Shown: positions 22,701 to 36,053 of the stretch, one piece after another
Position numbering within the stretch: position 1 is the first letter of the stretch
How the letters are laid out: every line of letters begins with the position of its first letter
Origin: Octopus vulgaris
Taxonomy: Eukaryota
Assembly: GCA_951406725.2 (NCBI GenBank)
Contig: OX597826.1
Span: 40,486,001-40,550,000, forward strand
Direction: 5' to 3'
Length of the DNA stretch: 64,000 nt
The notes under the pieces: generated by a model
Told to the model about the DNA's origin: nothing
What the model saw: the letters and a program-made list of their open reading frames with translations, nothing else
Database searches by the model: none
Made by a program: the position numbers and the translations under genes

Positions 22701-25700
22701 GAGTTCAAATTCCATCCATGTCGACCTCGCTTTCCTCTTTCTTAAAGAAATGGATAAAATAAATACCTATAAAATACCTCAATCGGTTTAATCGATTATA
22801 AAACTTCCCTAAAATTTCTGCTTCTGATCTGTATTAGAATTCCATTGTTTATTGTTTCTGTTTGAGTCCATAACTGTGTTCCTCAGTTCACTTCTGTGAA
22901 ATAATCAACTCCTACTTGAAATATATCTCATTATTTAACATTGCAATCGTAGGATCTAGGAAACCGTCTTGTTGGTTGGTACATTTGGGAAATATGTATC
23001 TTTCCTTCTACAAATGACCAAATATAACCAAAAGTCAAATGAGGCAGGATCGACCTATCTTTGACTTGTTTACAACATCAATACTAATGGTGGAAAATGG
23101 TAAAGGATCCTCAAACAACGCGTGTACTCGTTTATAACCTGTTAAAGGTACACACTGAAAGGACCGACATGGCTACTTTAATCCCCCGAAATCAACACCC
23201 AACACATAAATATAGCCTCTAATTGATTATTTCTTCCCAAAGTCCTCATTAAATCAAACCTTGATTACTATAATTCCCACTTACATAACCTGAAATCCCT
23301 TTATCTTTACTATAATAGGTATTTTAAAATAATATCCTGGATAATTTTCTGTCAATGAAATGATATGTTGACTACAGTGAGCTAAAACGCGTTCTAGTGG
23401 CCGGAAATGAATCTTTGCAGAAAGATTAACTGATGTGCAGTTCCCTTTGAAATTTCCAACATAACTCTCGCTTTCAGCTGGTCTTTTCAGCGTGCACCAA
23501 TAATCATGAGTTTTCAGTCTGACATAATGACTTATTTATTTGTCAGAAGGAATGATGAGATGTCGTGACGTTCATGCTTTCCTTGTAGTGAGGGAGGGAG
23601 TGTTAATATGGATTAAGAGAGATTTAATTAAAGGTGTAGAATAATTTAGCAACAGGAAAGCAAAAAATTGTATAATGATGTATGAGTGTGCGAGTGAATG
23701 TATTTGTGTATGGTGTGTGTGTGCGTATATGAATGTAACACAAATGCGCGTGTCTGTTGTGCATTTTTCATATGTGATTATAAGCGAAATGTGTGAACAC
23801 TGTAGAGAAAAGAGGTTAATCGGTGCTTTACAAATGAAATATTTTGAGTTACTTGCAGAAGTTGTTAATTGGTTGCTAGTTTTCGTCTTTGTAGTGTCTT
23901 CTACAGTATTTCCTCATCCGTCAATTGAGTGTCATTTCCGCGCCGGTAATCAGAGCCAGGTAACAAAAAAAAATTACATGTCGTTCAGAGTTTCATAAAA
24001 GTGTATAACATATTTAATGAAAATGCGTTCTGTTCGATGGTTATTTAATTTGCTTTATTGAAGAAATTAGTTTCAACATGACTACGATGGTGGCGGTGAG
24101 AATTGATTACCAAACTAATAGTAATGAACAGGCTTGAAGGAAAAATAAACTGTTAATCACTTCTTGTATATTGGGAACAACTACCCAATTAGTAACAACA
24201 TTTCCAGCAGCAGTAAAACTAATAGCAATACTCAAGTAGGAAGCCTCTACATTGCTACTCGATCTACATGAAATGATTTTCAAATTTTCTTCCAAGCGAC
24301 ATTAGACGGATATGGCTCATTAGATGAATGTAGACTTTCACACCCTCAAAAAATGGTCACGTTTGGAATGTGATTAGTCTGCTTCTGGTTTCCAGCCAGA
24401 TGCAAGACAGCTGCAGTATTGCTTTACTAATATCTATCGCAACTTTTGAAAATCAGAGAAGTCATTCAAAATTTTAAAATCAAATATCTAAACGAATTCT
24501 TACATAACGCCTAACTCGCTGTTTCGCTAGATGCAATACTGGAAAATCCTCGGAGACAGTATAGGCGGTGCATCAGCATGGCCTCAGCCTCTGGCTGAAA
24601 CCTATAAAAAAAAGATATAGTTATATATATATAATAATAATAATATTAGGGAGTTGCCTAATAGTGGTTTTATCTCTAATTTAATTTATATATGGCAGGA
24701 TGAAGCGGCTGACCTCCCCTGTTCGAAGGTTTATAATGGACGCAGTTTGTGTGTCAAATAGCTAGCTTGAGGCGATGGCCTCATGGAGCTAATCAGCGAC
24801 AGCTTTAGTCTTATATTTATAAGACTGCCATATTAGTATGGCGATAACTATATATATATATAAAATACAAATACGGGACAAGAACGCAAAACATCCAGAC
24901 AGTTAGGTGAGACAAAAAAAGGTCAACCAAACAGCAGACAGACGATACAAAGCAAACAAGGACGGGTCATTCGGAGTTTTCTATCCTCAAGATTGGAGCA
25001 ATTTCGAGTATAACCAGCCGAAATTGCAAAAGATAATCTGGAACTCGACATAAAACATACAAACGTTCGTACATGCCTGCACACATATACAAACAAATAC
25101 AGGCAAAACACTTATATATACTAATGCATATTTAGGTATCCACGTGCATATACATACACGTATAATACTTCTCCGTGTGCATTTAAAATATACAACTTAG
25201 TTGTTACAAGTGGGAGAAAGAAAACGAAAAGAAAATCAGAGAGTGATAAGTGGTGGAAGAAAGAAAAAAAAGAGAAAGAGAAAGATAAACAGAGAGAGGG
25301 AGAAATGATTTGGAAGTTGCTGTTCCCACAAAGTATCTAACAAATGTTAGATATTTCAGTAAGCATGCAAACGCACACACACACATACATTTTGGGAGGG
25401 ACATTGCACCAATAATAAACACGCAGACTGCTAAAATTTTACTTCCTTATTATTATTTTCAATTGGTTAAATAGTTGACCAATTGACAAATAACAATAAC
25501 GAAGTTAAATTTACCCAGTTTGTGAGGTTTTAGTATTGGCGCAATGATCTCACAAGAGTTCACGTCAAGAATTTTCCCAACCAAATACGAAAACGAAATG
25601 TATATACACACGTGTGTGTGTATGTGTGTGTGTGTGTGTGTGCATGTTTTGTGTGGGGGGGGGGGGTTGAGTGTGTGTGTGTGTGTGTTCTTGTAAAGAC

Positions 25701-26334
25701 ATGTTTAACACGTACGAATATAAAAGCTTGTGATAGAACCTTTTGCTGCAGTAGTCCCTGAAGAAAAATCTAGATTCATGCAAATACATATTGACGTAAC
25801 TCCTGCTTGAAATAAAACGTATATTTACAAAAGTTTAGAAGGAGAATTTTTTCTCGGGGTTATTCCTGTTGTGAAAGGTCTTAGTACGTCCGATTATCGT
25901 CGAAGACTTTACACGAGGTACTCCAGCATGGCCATAGATCTTCTCTTAACTCAGATTTTACAATTAGCAAAACAACACAGTTGGATCCAGTGCCATTCAG
26001 TTTGTCGTGGTTTAGGTTATTAGGAAGTAATTCCTGAGAGTAGGTTACGATTAAAAGTGCTTCCTTGAAATTTATCTCCATCTTCCAGTCATTATCACCA
26101 CATAAAAGTCTGAGTGTCAGCTACCCTATATTTACGATTCTTTGATTTCTAGATACATTGATTATAAGATATATTTTAAATTCTTCTACCAATAACTTTG
26201 AAAGCCATCAATATTCACCACAGACCAATAGTTTCTTTCTTTTCTTTATTTCACATCACTTTTATACTGATTATAAAGTCTTTTCTATTTATGACTCAGT
26301 TCATTACTTTTCATGTACATTACTACCGCTGCTG

Positions 26335-26366
<32 letters not shown>

Positions 26367-26834
26367 GGTGGTGGTGGTGGTGGAGGCGGTGATGGTGGTG
26401 TTCTCACCTGCCAAAACAAGTTGTTCTTCATTTCTTTAGTTCATGTCGTTAGTCTTTCGTTTTCTTAATTCTGCTTGCTCTTAATTCATCTTATATATTA
26501 TTGTTTATGTGTCAATCTCTGAGTTTAATATTTAAAAGACTGTAACTCTTTGTGAAACATTCAGATAATCGTCTTTTATAGTTTATAAATCAATTGCTAA
26601 CGTTAACGCGTAGTTATATTAGATACCACATTTACCGTATTATGGTAGAAAACAACAGGCCACCTAGCAAGGAAAAGACTTGACCCACACATATATCGCT
26701 TGCATAACAACCTTACTGATTACAATGCAGTCAGCTTGTTTTCTTTCTCTGCCTCAACAGATTGCAGTAAGTAATATAGATCAGTATAACTTACCATTCT
26801 TCTTAAGTATATATTCCTTATCCGTAGATATATA

Positions 26835-27020
26835 AAATCTCAGGGAGATTCAGTGTTACACAGAATGTGACAAGATTGGTTCTTTGATTTATTGGTACTG
26901 CTCACTTTCAGTAGACTGGAGTAACGGGAAATAAAGTGCCTTGCTCACAGACACAAAGCACTGCCAACAGTCGAACTCCCGATCGTGAGTCGAATACCCT
27001 AACCACTAAGTCACGCATCA
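26835..27020 (-). mobile_element. tRNA-derived SINE family D, degenerate
   Basis: Minus strand gcgtgacttagtggttagggtattcgactcacgatc..gttcgact..tgagcaaggcactttatttc. Confidence 0.7.
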
Positions 27021-27028
27021 CCAATATA

Positions 27029-27427
27029 TCTTTATATATAAAAGTGAGGTTGTGTGCTGTCTGTCTCCTACGATTTAGATTCCTAACTACTCCCACATTT
27101 TGCGGCGCAGTTTAACCAAAACCGGGTATCTTATAGTCGTGATTCATATCGAGCCCTTCTGGGTATTAGAGCGCGTCTACGATGAGTCTACGATTTTTAA
27201 AAAAAATTACCATCAATTTTTCCCATTTTTAATGCATTTTTGGCATATATAAGGGAAGTAACTCTCTAAAAATTTATTATTAAATCTCAGAACGTAAAAA
27301 GCTACAGTAACACCCCACCACCCTTTGTGGTTAGCCATATTGAGATGGCTATTATACTTTACATCTCTAGAAATGCTTATATAGTTATTTCCCTTACAAA
27401 CCCGAGCAACGCCGGGCGATACTGCTA

Positions 27428-27428
<1 letters not shown>
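27029..27428 (+). mobile_element. Non-autonomous Helitron, 400 bp
   Basis: Begins A|TCtttatatataaaag, ends with GC-rich hairpin CCCGagcaacgcCGGG (27401-27416) then CTAG|T; A|T insertion site, no TSD. Confidence 0.85.
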
Positions 27429-27475
<47 letters not shown>

Positions 27476-28399
27476 AGAAACAAGGAGAGAAACAAGGAGA
27501 GAAAAAAATGTGTGTTGTGGCTAGCGATCTATCATGGCGAATGCCAGACAGAAGGGTCACACAGGAGAGCTAAGAAGTAGGGGAGATAACAAATTAGTTG
27601 TGATCCCAAAACGAAGGTGCGCGTGTGTGTAAGAGAGTACGTATGTGCGTATGAAAGAGGGCTGGTGATCTTGACGTGTGCGTGTGTGTATGTGTAGGTG
27701 TGAAAATGTAGGGATGGGAATTGGTCAGTGCTGGTGTGTGCGTGGTGGTTTGTTGTGATGTGATGTGTTGTGTGGTATGGTGTAGTGTGGTGTGGTGTGA
27801 TGGTGTTGTGAGGTGGGGAGGCGTGTGTGAGTGTGCATGTATGTGTGTGTGTGTGTGATAAGCATTCAATAATTATGAGAGAATATAAAATAATTCAATT
27901 TTGGAATGTTGAAACTCCAAGTATATAAAGCTATAAACAATACAGTGTAAATAGCTTTAAAACCCTCTAGAGAAGAAAAGGGAAGGCTCTCGTTTGGACG
28001 CGAGCTCATATTTTCTGTAATCACTACATAAGTTCTACAAGTGGACCAAAGTAATCCTTCAAATTTCTTTATCAGCTGCACATTCTTAAAGTTTAATCGC
28101 TAATAAATAGTAGCTAATAATATTTTTTATCAAGCTCACTAGAAAATCGCAACACCTGCGCCTTTTCTGGCATTGTTATTCTACGCTAGCGGGGAGTTGA
28201 ATCGCTGCTATCTCTAACGGTCGACCGTCTATCAATAACATAACCAAAGATGGTCGAAAGCACGTGATCTGGTGGCGGTCTCGGATGAGGTGGCAGGGAT
28301 TTATCTCACCGCTAGAATGCATTTTGCACCAGAATGCAACAGAATGCATTTTGCACCGAAATCCAATATAAGAGTTTCCCTAATGTCAACTATAGCAGA

Positions 28400-29120
28400 A
28401 TAGTTTTTTTCTAACAGAGCATCCACGTTTAAGAGGAAATAAATATTCCTCTCGATATTAATACTGCCTATGTCACTACTAAATATCTTTTAAAGTTTAG
28501 TGGGCTTGTAAGATGCGTCCATCTCGTCAGATGTTAAGAGAAGTGCGAAGGATATGGACACATTCAAAATGGCTACTATGTGTTAGGCCTTTATTCGTCA
28601 GCGAAGATCACGTCGTATTAATGTTGTGAAAGCGACAACAGCTATTTTCTTTATTACTACGCCTTCATGTTTTAATGGTGCTGGGTTACAACAAGGTTAA
28701 CAATAGAGTTATGATAGACACAAACACAGCTACACAGCCACAAATTTACACCCCAACACATAACTCCCGAAATCCTAATATCTGCCCAATAGAAGGATCG
28801 AAACTCTCAAAGCTTGTAGTCTATATAGCTATCAGTCACCCTCACATCATCAGATGGCACCATAAGGAACTACACGAACATGACAGCTAACGATTTTTAA
28901 GGAAAGGTGTTCATTTCGAAACTACGCGACATCGAAATGACGTCTCAGCATGAAATGTAGTACCTTATTCATCCGAAATTCCTAACTTCCAACTCTGTCT
29001 CTGCGAGAGATTTCACATACTTAACCAACATGCAATATCTATCCACAGGAAGAATGAACTAACCTATTGTTGCTACCAGTGGTAAGCGCCGTTCATGAAC
29101 TTCAAGCTACTGGCAGCTGA
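28400..29120 (+). mobile_element. Highly degenerate Penelope-like GIY-YIG remnant
   Basis: HNSRNPNICPIEGSKLSKLVVYIA resembles the PLE motif CNCR...CPL.G.CL...VVY.A; many stops; boundaries uncertain. Confidence 0.5.
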
Positions 29121-30334
29121 GAATCCAGATATACCACCGTAGGCCTAGCTGTCCTATACACAAAGACAGGATATTTAATCCCTTTTGCGCATATAGGCTA
29201 CAGCCTACCATTGCAAATTCCAACCTCAATTATAAAGCAGCACCATCAAATTTGGTTATGTAAAGACTGCTGCCCCCCATGTCATAACACTCCACTGAAC
29301 GACGAATGAGCTATATAAGGAGGAAGACGAAGACACTGACGGCAGCGAGAATGACGATGATTTCACATTTATTTGTTTCATTGTAACAATTTTCTTTGGT
29401 TGTCTATTCCTTTATCATTTGATCAAGAAAATACCATAACTCTTTTTCTAAGACCAACTACAGTGATAGGAGAAAATGAAAATTTTAGCCTTAAATCGAA
29501 GACTTGTGTTGTATGTTTGCAACGGAGTATATTCTTATAGATACATCCATAGGTCAAGTGTTAAAGAGGACATGTAGAAACACTCTCAATATTTTTATTT
29601 ATTTAAGATCAACAATTGAAAATCCTATAAGATTGTGGTAAGGGTTTTCCTATGAGATGGAATCAGAAAAGGGTTATATGCAGGTGTATAGAGCTGCTCG
29701 TTTCAGAGTGTGTGAACGCTTATATCAGACATGTGACTCGTTGTGTATGTTTGACTAGGTGGATCTGTGCATACAGATATGGGTGCGTATGCAAATTGGG
29801 TAACGTTAGTCAGTGTGTGAAAGTGACTCAGTACGTATATGTTTTAGTGCTTTTTATAAATGCATGTGGGTGTGTGTGTGAGGCTATGTGAGGTTGTTGT
29901 GTGAGTGTATGTGTTAATATGTACTGGAAATGAGGTGTGATTTGGTATTGTAACAGTCTTTCGCGTGATCATGTGTGTGTTTAGTTAAAACATGTAGGCC
30001 AAACAGGTAGGCCAAACATGTTGAGAGTTTGCCAGGAGTATACGAGAATTGTGTAGCGTTTAATGGGTTTGTGTATATTTACCGGAGTAAATGAAGTTGT
30101 TTTTTTTTTCTAGTTTATGTATGCATGTGTATTCCAAACATGGTAGGGTAAAAAGATAAATCTGAGAGTATAAAATTCAAGAGTAAGAGACATGTAATAA
30201 AACCAGCGGATGGATGAGCTAACCTAAGTTGTTACCAACCCGCGTGAGTGTGCGTATGTATCCACGTGTGTGTTTGTGTGTGTATAGCATGTATGTGTGT
30301 GTATATATATATATATATATTTATTTATTTATTC

Positions 30335-30386
<52 letters not shown>

Positions 30387-30523
30387 TGCGAAATATTCTT
30401 TTCTCTTTTTTTTCACACATAAACACGTATACACATACACACAACACACACACACACATGAAATAAAATACATACATACATATATATATATATAAAATAC
30501 ATATATATAAATAAATAAATAAC

Positions 30524-30560
<37 letters not shown>

Positions 30561-30589
30561 TTATAGTTATTTATTTATTTATATATATG

Positions 30590-30632
<43 letters not shown>

Positions 30633-30644
30633 CGTATTTTATTT

Positions 30645-30677
<33 letters not shown>

Positions 30678-30892
30678 ACGCAGTTGCTTATGGGTTCAAC
30701 GAAGTTTAAGAGTTTTGTTCAACCAAAGCACATGCGCAGTTCATGATTCACCCGCGGTTTTATTTGGAGCTGATTAGATTGCAAAATTTTATGTCTTGCA
30801 GTAAAAATATGATGACCATCACTTAATTGAACAATATTAACTTTTAAATAATTTATTTATAGTACACTCCACGATTTATTAACTCAGCAAAC

Positions 30893-30984
<92 letters not shown>

Positions 30985-31694
30985 GCACACACATACACAA
31001 AGACATACACACTCATATATACACATTGACATATATATATGTATGTATAATATATATATGTGTGGGGTGGGGAGAAAACAGGAAGCAAGATAATATGAGA
31101 ACTATCATGCGGTGTTAGTTTTGAATTCTCTTTCAGGAAAATTACAAATTTCTTCTTATACTTATCAATTTCATTATAGAAATACTGTGGGGAATTAAAA
31201 TGAATTTTGATAAAATTGATACTGTAATATCTCATTTTTTAATAAAATACGATTATTGGAAAATATGAATTAAATAGAATTAAGAATAGGCAAACTGCCA
31301 AATATATTTAGTTTCCAAGAAGTTTTCAAACCTTATGATAAAAGACTATTTTACAATTTTGAAATCAGTAGTAATGTTATTTAAACTTATAGAAGAAAAT
31401 TAATTTTACAGATATAGAGCCATAGGGTTTATCGTGATATGGTTAAGAAGAAATGAAGACTCAGACTGGTGTACGGTTTGATTGATCGATGGGAGGACGG
31501 AGATGGTTAGAAACGTTGGAGAGAGAGAGACATGAAAGAGTAACTAAACTATGCGATTAAGAAGACAGATGTGTCGGTAGGGGGTGAATGTGTATGAGCA
31601 TTCATATTTATATATGGGTGTATGTGTATGTATGTATGTATGTATGTATGTATGTATGTATGTATGTATGTATGTATGTATGTATGTATGTATG

Positions 31695-31764
<70 letters not shown>

Positions 31765-31964
31765 GTGAAATAGAAAGATGAATAATCTTGTAGCAGATTA
31801 ATCAAAAGTTTAACCGATACCTTGGTAGCAAAAATCACAGCAGAAGACAGCACGGTTGGAGGTACAACCATATGGTGTTGCAACCGTGCGTTGGGGCGGA
31901 TAATTGAAATAAAAATATTATTGGTAAATTGAAGAAATGGAGCTGAACGAAGATCTTCGTTCAG

Positions 31965-32022
<58 letters not shown>

Positions 32023-32025
32023 GAC

Positions 32026-32116
<91 letters not shown>

Positions 32117-33499
32117 GCAGGCAGGCAGACAGGCAGGCAGACAGGCAGACAGGCAGGCAGACAGGCAGGCAGACAGGCAGGCAGACAGGCAGGCAATATA
32201 TGTGTAAACAGATAGAACAGCCTTACACATATAAATATCACATACCAAAATTTATACACTCTCTACAATATAATCATTTTGGTGTCAAAATTGATATATC
32301 GACACTGTCCGACTTTAGAATATTTGTAAAACACTCAAAAAAGTACTGCCAGAAGCTAACACAACAAACACTGATGAGATGATCACGGTTGGTATGTCTT
32401 TGCCATAGCAGCTATATTTTGGGGCTAAATAATAGCAACATTTGACATTGTCATCTGGACAAAACAAAATTAGTCATGAGTCGCTGGTATTTATAACAGT
32501 CGAATGCCCATTATTGAGGAGACCAAGAGAGGTTGAAATCACCTGATCGGTGATTTCCCTGCTGGTGATGTAGATAAGAGTGGTTTTTGTACCAAAAACC
32601 AATATGAGAATTTCACTCATGGTATCTACCGCAATATAATTTTGTTCTCACAGAATTTCCACGTTTAAATGGGGATGAATATTTTCTCAAGTGAAATTAA
32701 AGAGAGTCGCTTCGAAGCTTTTTCCTTATAAATTCTTATTTTAGTTCATTGCCTGTGGCACAGGTGCACATGTTAGCAAATGTTTAAGCAATAATCTTGA
32801 CGGGCCTACACCTTAAACGAGTCAATTTCCTACAATAAATTCTTGCTTTGGTCATGACCAATACAATGACAGATCTCGACATGGTTACTGTTCTTGTTGT
32901 AGCTTGTACGTTACAGTGTCTTGAGACGAGCCTTTGTGAGAGTTCAGACTAACATCGGAATCTCTAAGTGCTAGACATGTAAGCAATTAGGTTTTCCTCA
33001 AATCATAAACTACCTTAAAATAAAATGGATTTTATACACTATGTTTGAAACTAAACGGCATTTTCCCGGTTGGAGGGCCATCAACTATAATTCTATTCAG
33101 CCATAGCTGACCAGCAAAAACGTTTCTGGGATTCTTGAAATGCATTGGCAAATATTAATATCAAATTGTTCAAAAATAAAGAAGACCGGCAAGGAACATT
33201 TACCTAACTAGTAGCATCTGCAGGGGCTAATGTCGTCATCTGAAATTGAAAACTCTTATATTTTATATTTCTATTCGCGTGAGAGAGTCTTACTCTAATT
33301 TTCGAAAGTGATGAATATCGAAACATTTCTGTATTAAAAAAATTCAAATGCAAATGCATGTATGCATACATACCTATGCATATAAAACTACATTTCACAA
33401 TATCTACTAGACCACCAGATGCAGTTATACACCGCTAGGCACAAATGTGCTCCCAGTTATATTTTGGTTGCACTATTATTTTCGATTTTCACCCACATC

Positions 33500-34220
33500 G
33501 CTTAACAAAAATTATCTTCTTATTGTCGTGGAGGCCTTCCAAGTGGTCTACCCTGATCTCTTAGATAGCATATGGCAACTTCACGGGTCCACCTGTTGTT
33601 TGTTTACCTTGCGACATATCCGGCCCAGCTGAACTTGCGTTTTGGTATTGCGTTGTTACATCATTCACCCTTTCCTATTCATAATTGGAATATACTCTCG
33701 TAATTATATTCCTAGCATGGATCTTTTCATGGCCCTTTGTGTCGTAGCCAGTCGATGTTCTATCCCATTCGTAGTTGCCCACGTCTCACTTGCGTATAAG
33801 AGCGCAGGTAGGGCAGTGCTATTGAAGAGCCTGGCACGTACAGCATTGTCTAGCTATGTTTTGAGCACATCATTTCTCGATGTAAATGTCTTCCATCCAA
33901 CCCTTAATCTCTTTGAGATTTCAGCCTCCATATCTCGGAGCATATTCACTGCGTGTCACAAGTTGACGTTGTCCTTTATCACCTCGATTTCATCGCTTCC
34001 CACTTCTTCCAACAACATATATATTATTTTCATGCAGTTGATTTTAAGACCACCTGCTAAGCTAAGAGTCTCCAGCTCTGACTGCATAAACTGCAACTGG
34101 TCTGTGGTTTCAGCGATGAGTACAAAGTCATCTGCAAATCGGAGGTACGTTAGCTACTTGTTATTGATGATCACGCCACCTGCCCAGTCAATGTCCTTGA
34201 TGACATTTCTAGACATGCGA
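33500..34220 (-). mobile_element. RTE-clade LINE reverse transcriptase remnant
   Basis: Minus-strand translation LTYLRFADDFVLIAET..GLKIN..EISKRLRVGW..LPALLYASETW..TTQRAMKRSMLGI..WAGYVAR..NRWTR, with stops and frameshifts. Confidence 0.85.
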
Positions 34221-34239
34221 TAATACTACATAAAAAGGT

Positions 34240-34370
34240 AAAAACTCTCTTCGGTCATGAATGAGCATGGGATTGCACCTAGAAAGTTTCCCTCCGGGGC
34301 ACAAATCTTGGTGAGGTGTTTATGGAAGACCAGCAGTCGCCTATGGATACCAGCCTCCCCTCTCCATTAT
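34240..34370 (-). mobile_element. SINE 3' tail fragment (same tail as the 4378-4655 SINE)
   Basis: Reverse complement of gaggggaggctg..gcgactgctggtcttccataaac..gtgcaatcccatg.tcattcatgaccgaag. Confidence 0.8.
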
Positions 34371-35564
34371 GCACACTGCCCTTGCCCGGGCACGATCTGT
34401 GGACATGCCTCTACATTTTCTCCTCGCACCGTCCCCACATTTACTTAAACTGTCTTTGCACAAGGGCCACCCGAACTCCCGCCTTTGCCGTCAACAGGAA
34501 TTAATCTTCTCTCTCCGTTCCTTTGCGCCATATGGGCTCAACTCACTACCTCTCTTTATCTGACACCAACCCCAGACGAATTGCCACACATCTCCCACAT
34601 TCAACTGCACCTACACACCTGGATATCGCCTACCTCGGTACCCTTACCACACACACCACTATACAAACACCCTTACACACTGTTCAACTCATAACTCACT
34701 TCACAGACCATTAAACACATACCGACAATCAACTTCACACTCCACACATACTAGCACTAAACACTTCTCAGCATCCATACAACACACCATTATCCACACA
34801 AACACACACCATTATCTACACTTCCACACATCATTATCCACACACTCACACACTCTTCAATAGCGTCACTACACATACCACTATACGAGTAGCCCCACAC
34901 GCTTTTTAACTCAGTGCATACACCATCATGCACTCTCCCACACCGGAACACAGACAATATATACACACGCACACAACACGCATAGACATAGATAACTTTC
35001 GCTCACAAACATACACTATACACATGCACACTATTTGGTCACAGACGCACACACACACATATACACGTGCACATGCTACCTGATCAAGCATAAATAAACT
35101 ACAACACACAACACACGCACACACATACGTTAGCCTCGTACATACACACACGTTCATACGCATACTCACACACATGAACACGTCCATACGCGCACACGCA
35201 CATACACTCAAATACACAAAACGCACCTCACTCCACACAACACATACACTAGGTTACTTGTACACATACACACACAGGCCCATGCGTTTTCACACATATA
35301 TGATAACCCCACACATACCCACACACGTGCATACGCATATACACGTACCTTCCAGTACATGAAATTCATATCACTCCACATAATGTACACACAGGTTTAC
35401 TTATACACATACATACGCAGGTCCACATAAATTTCAGCTTGCTCACACATACACACACACGCACTCACCCCATTCACACATACACACTCACACACCATTG
35501 TCACATACACACGAGCGATTGCGCAACTTATTTCGTTGGTCACCGTTATCGTCATTATTATTAA

Positions 35565-35609
<45 letters not shown>

Positions 35610-35727
35610 CGCCCTTTCATTCATCCTCTTTTTCCGGTCATCTTGTCATGTTGGACCATTGAACTCGGCACATGTTAGTCTCTCAGTTTTTTTTTTTTCT
35701 CTTTTTTCTTCTTTTTTCATCTTAATC

Positions 35728-35763
35728 CTTTCTGTCGAAGAGCGTAGGCTCGAAACATCAAAG
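35728..35763 (+). ncRNA. Degenerate minimal hammerhead motif
   Basis: CTTT-CTGTCGA-A-GAGC gtag GCTC-GAA-ACAT-C-AAAG; stems I and II perfect, A6 mutated. The downstream tail matches 19585-19660, which starts CGAAACGTAAAAG. Confidence 0.65.
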
Positions 35764-35837
35764 ATTTTTACGGTCTTCCCGAGCGTTAAACTAATACACC
35801 TGCTTGTTGGTATTACACCTGTCTTCGTATTTTTGTT

Positions 35838-35990
35838 GTCTGTGTGTAAGAACCTTGCTTACCAATCACATGGTTTGGGGTTTAGTCCCACTGCGTGGCA
35901 CCTACCACAAGTGCCTTCTACTATGGTCTCAGGCCGACCAAAGCCTTGTGAGTGGCTTTGGTAGACGGAAACTGAAAGAAGCCTGTCGTA
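35838..35990 (+). mobile_element. SINE family C, 5' part
   Basis: Matches 39722-39890 (gtcccactgcgtggcacc..ccgaccaaagccttgtgagtgg..gacggaaactgaaagaagcc). Confidence 0.85.
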
Positions 35991-36011
35991 TATATATATA
36001 TATATGGTGGG

Positions 36012-36053
<42 letters not shown>

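Noticed and set aside
33642-34223. 193-aa plus-strand ORF
   Set aside because: Antisense to the RTE reverse transcriptase remnant; likewise 36347-37409 is antisense to the mariner.
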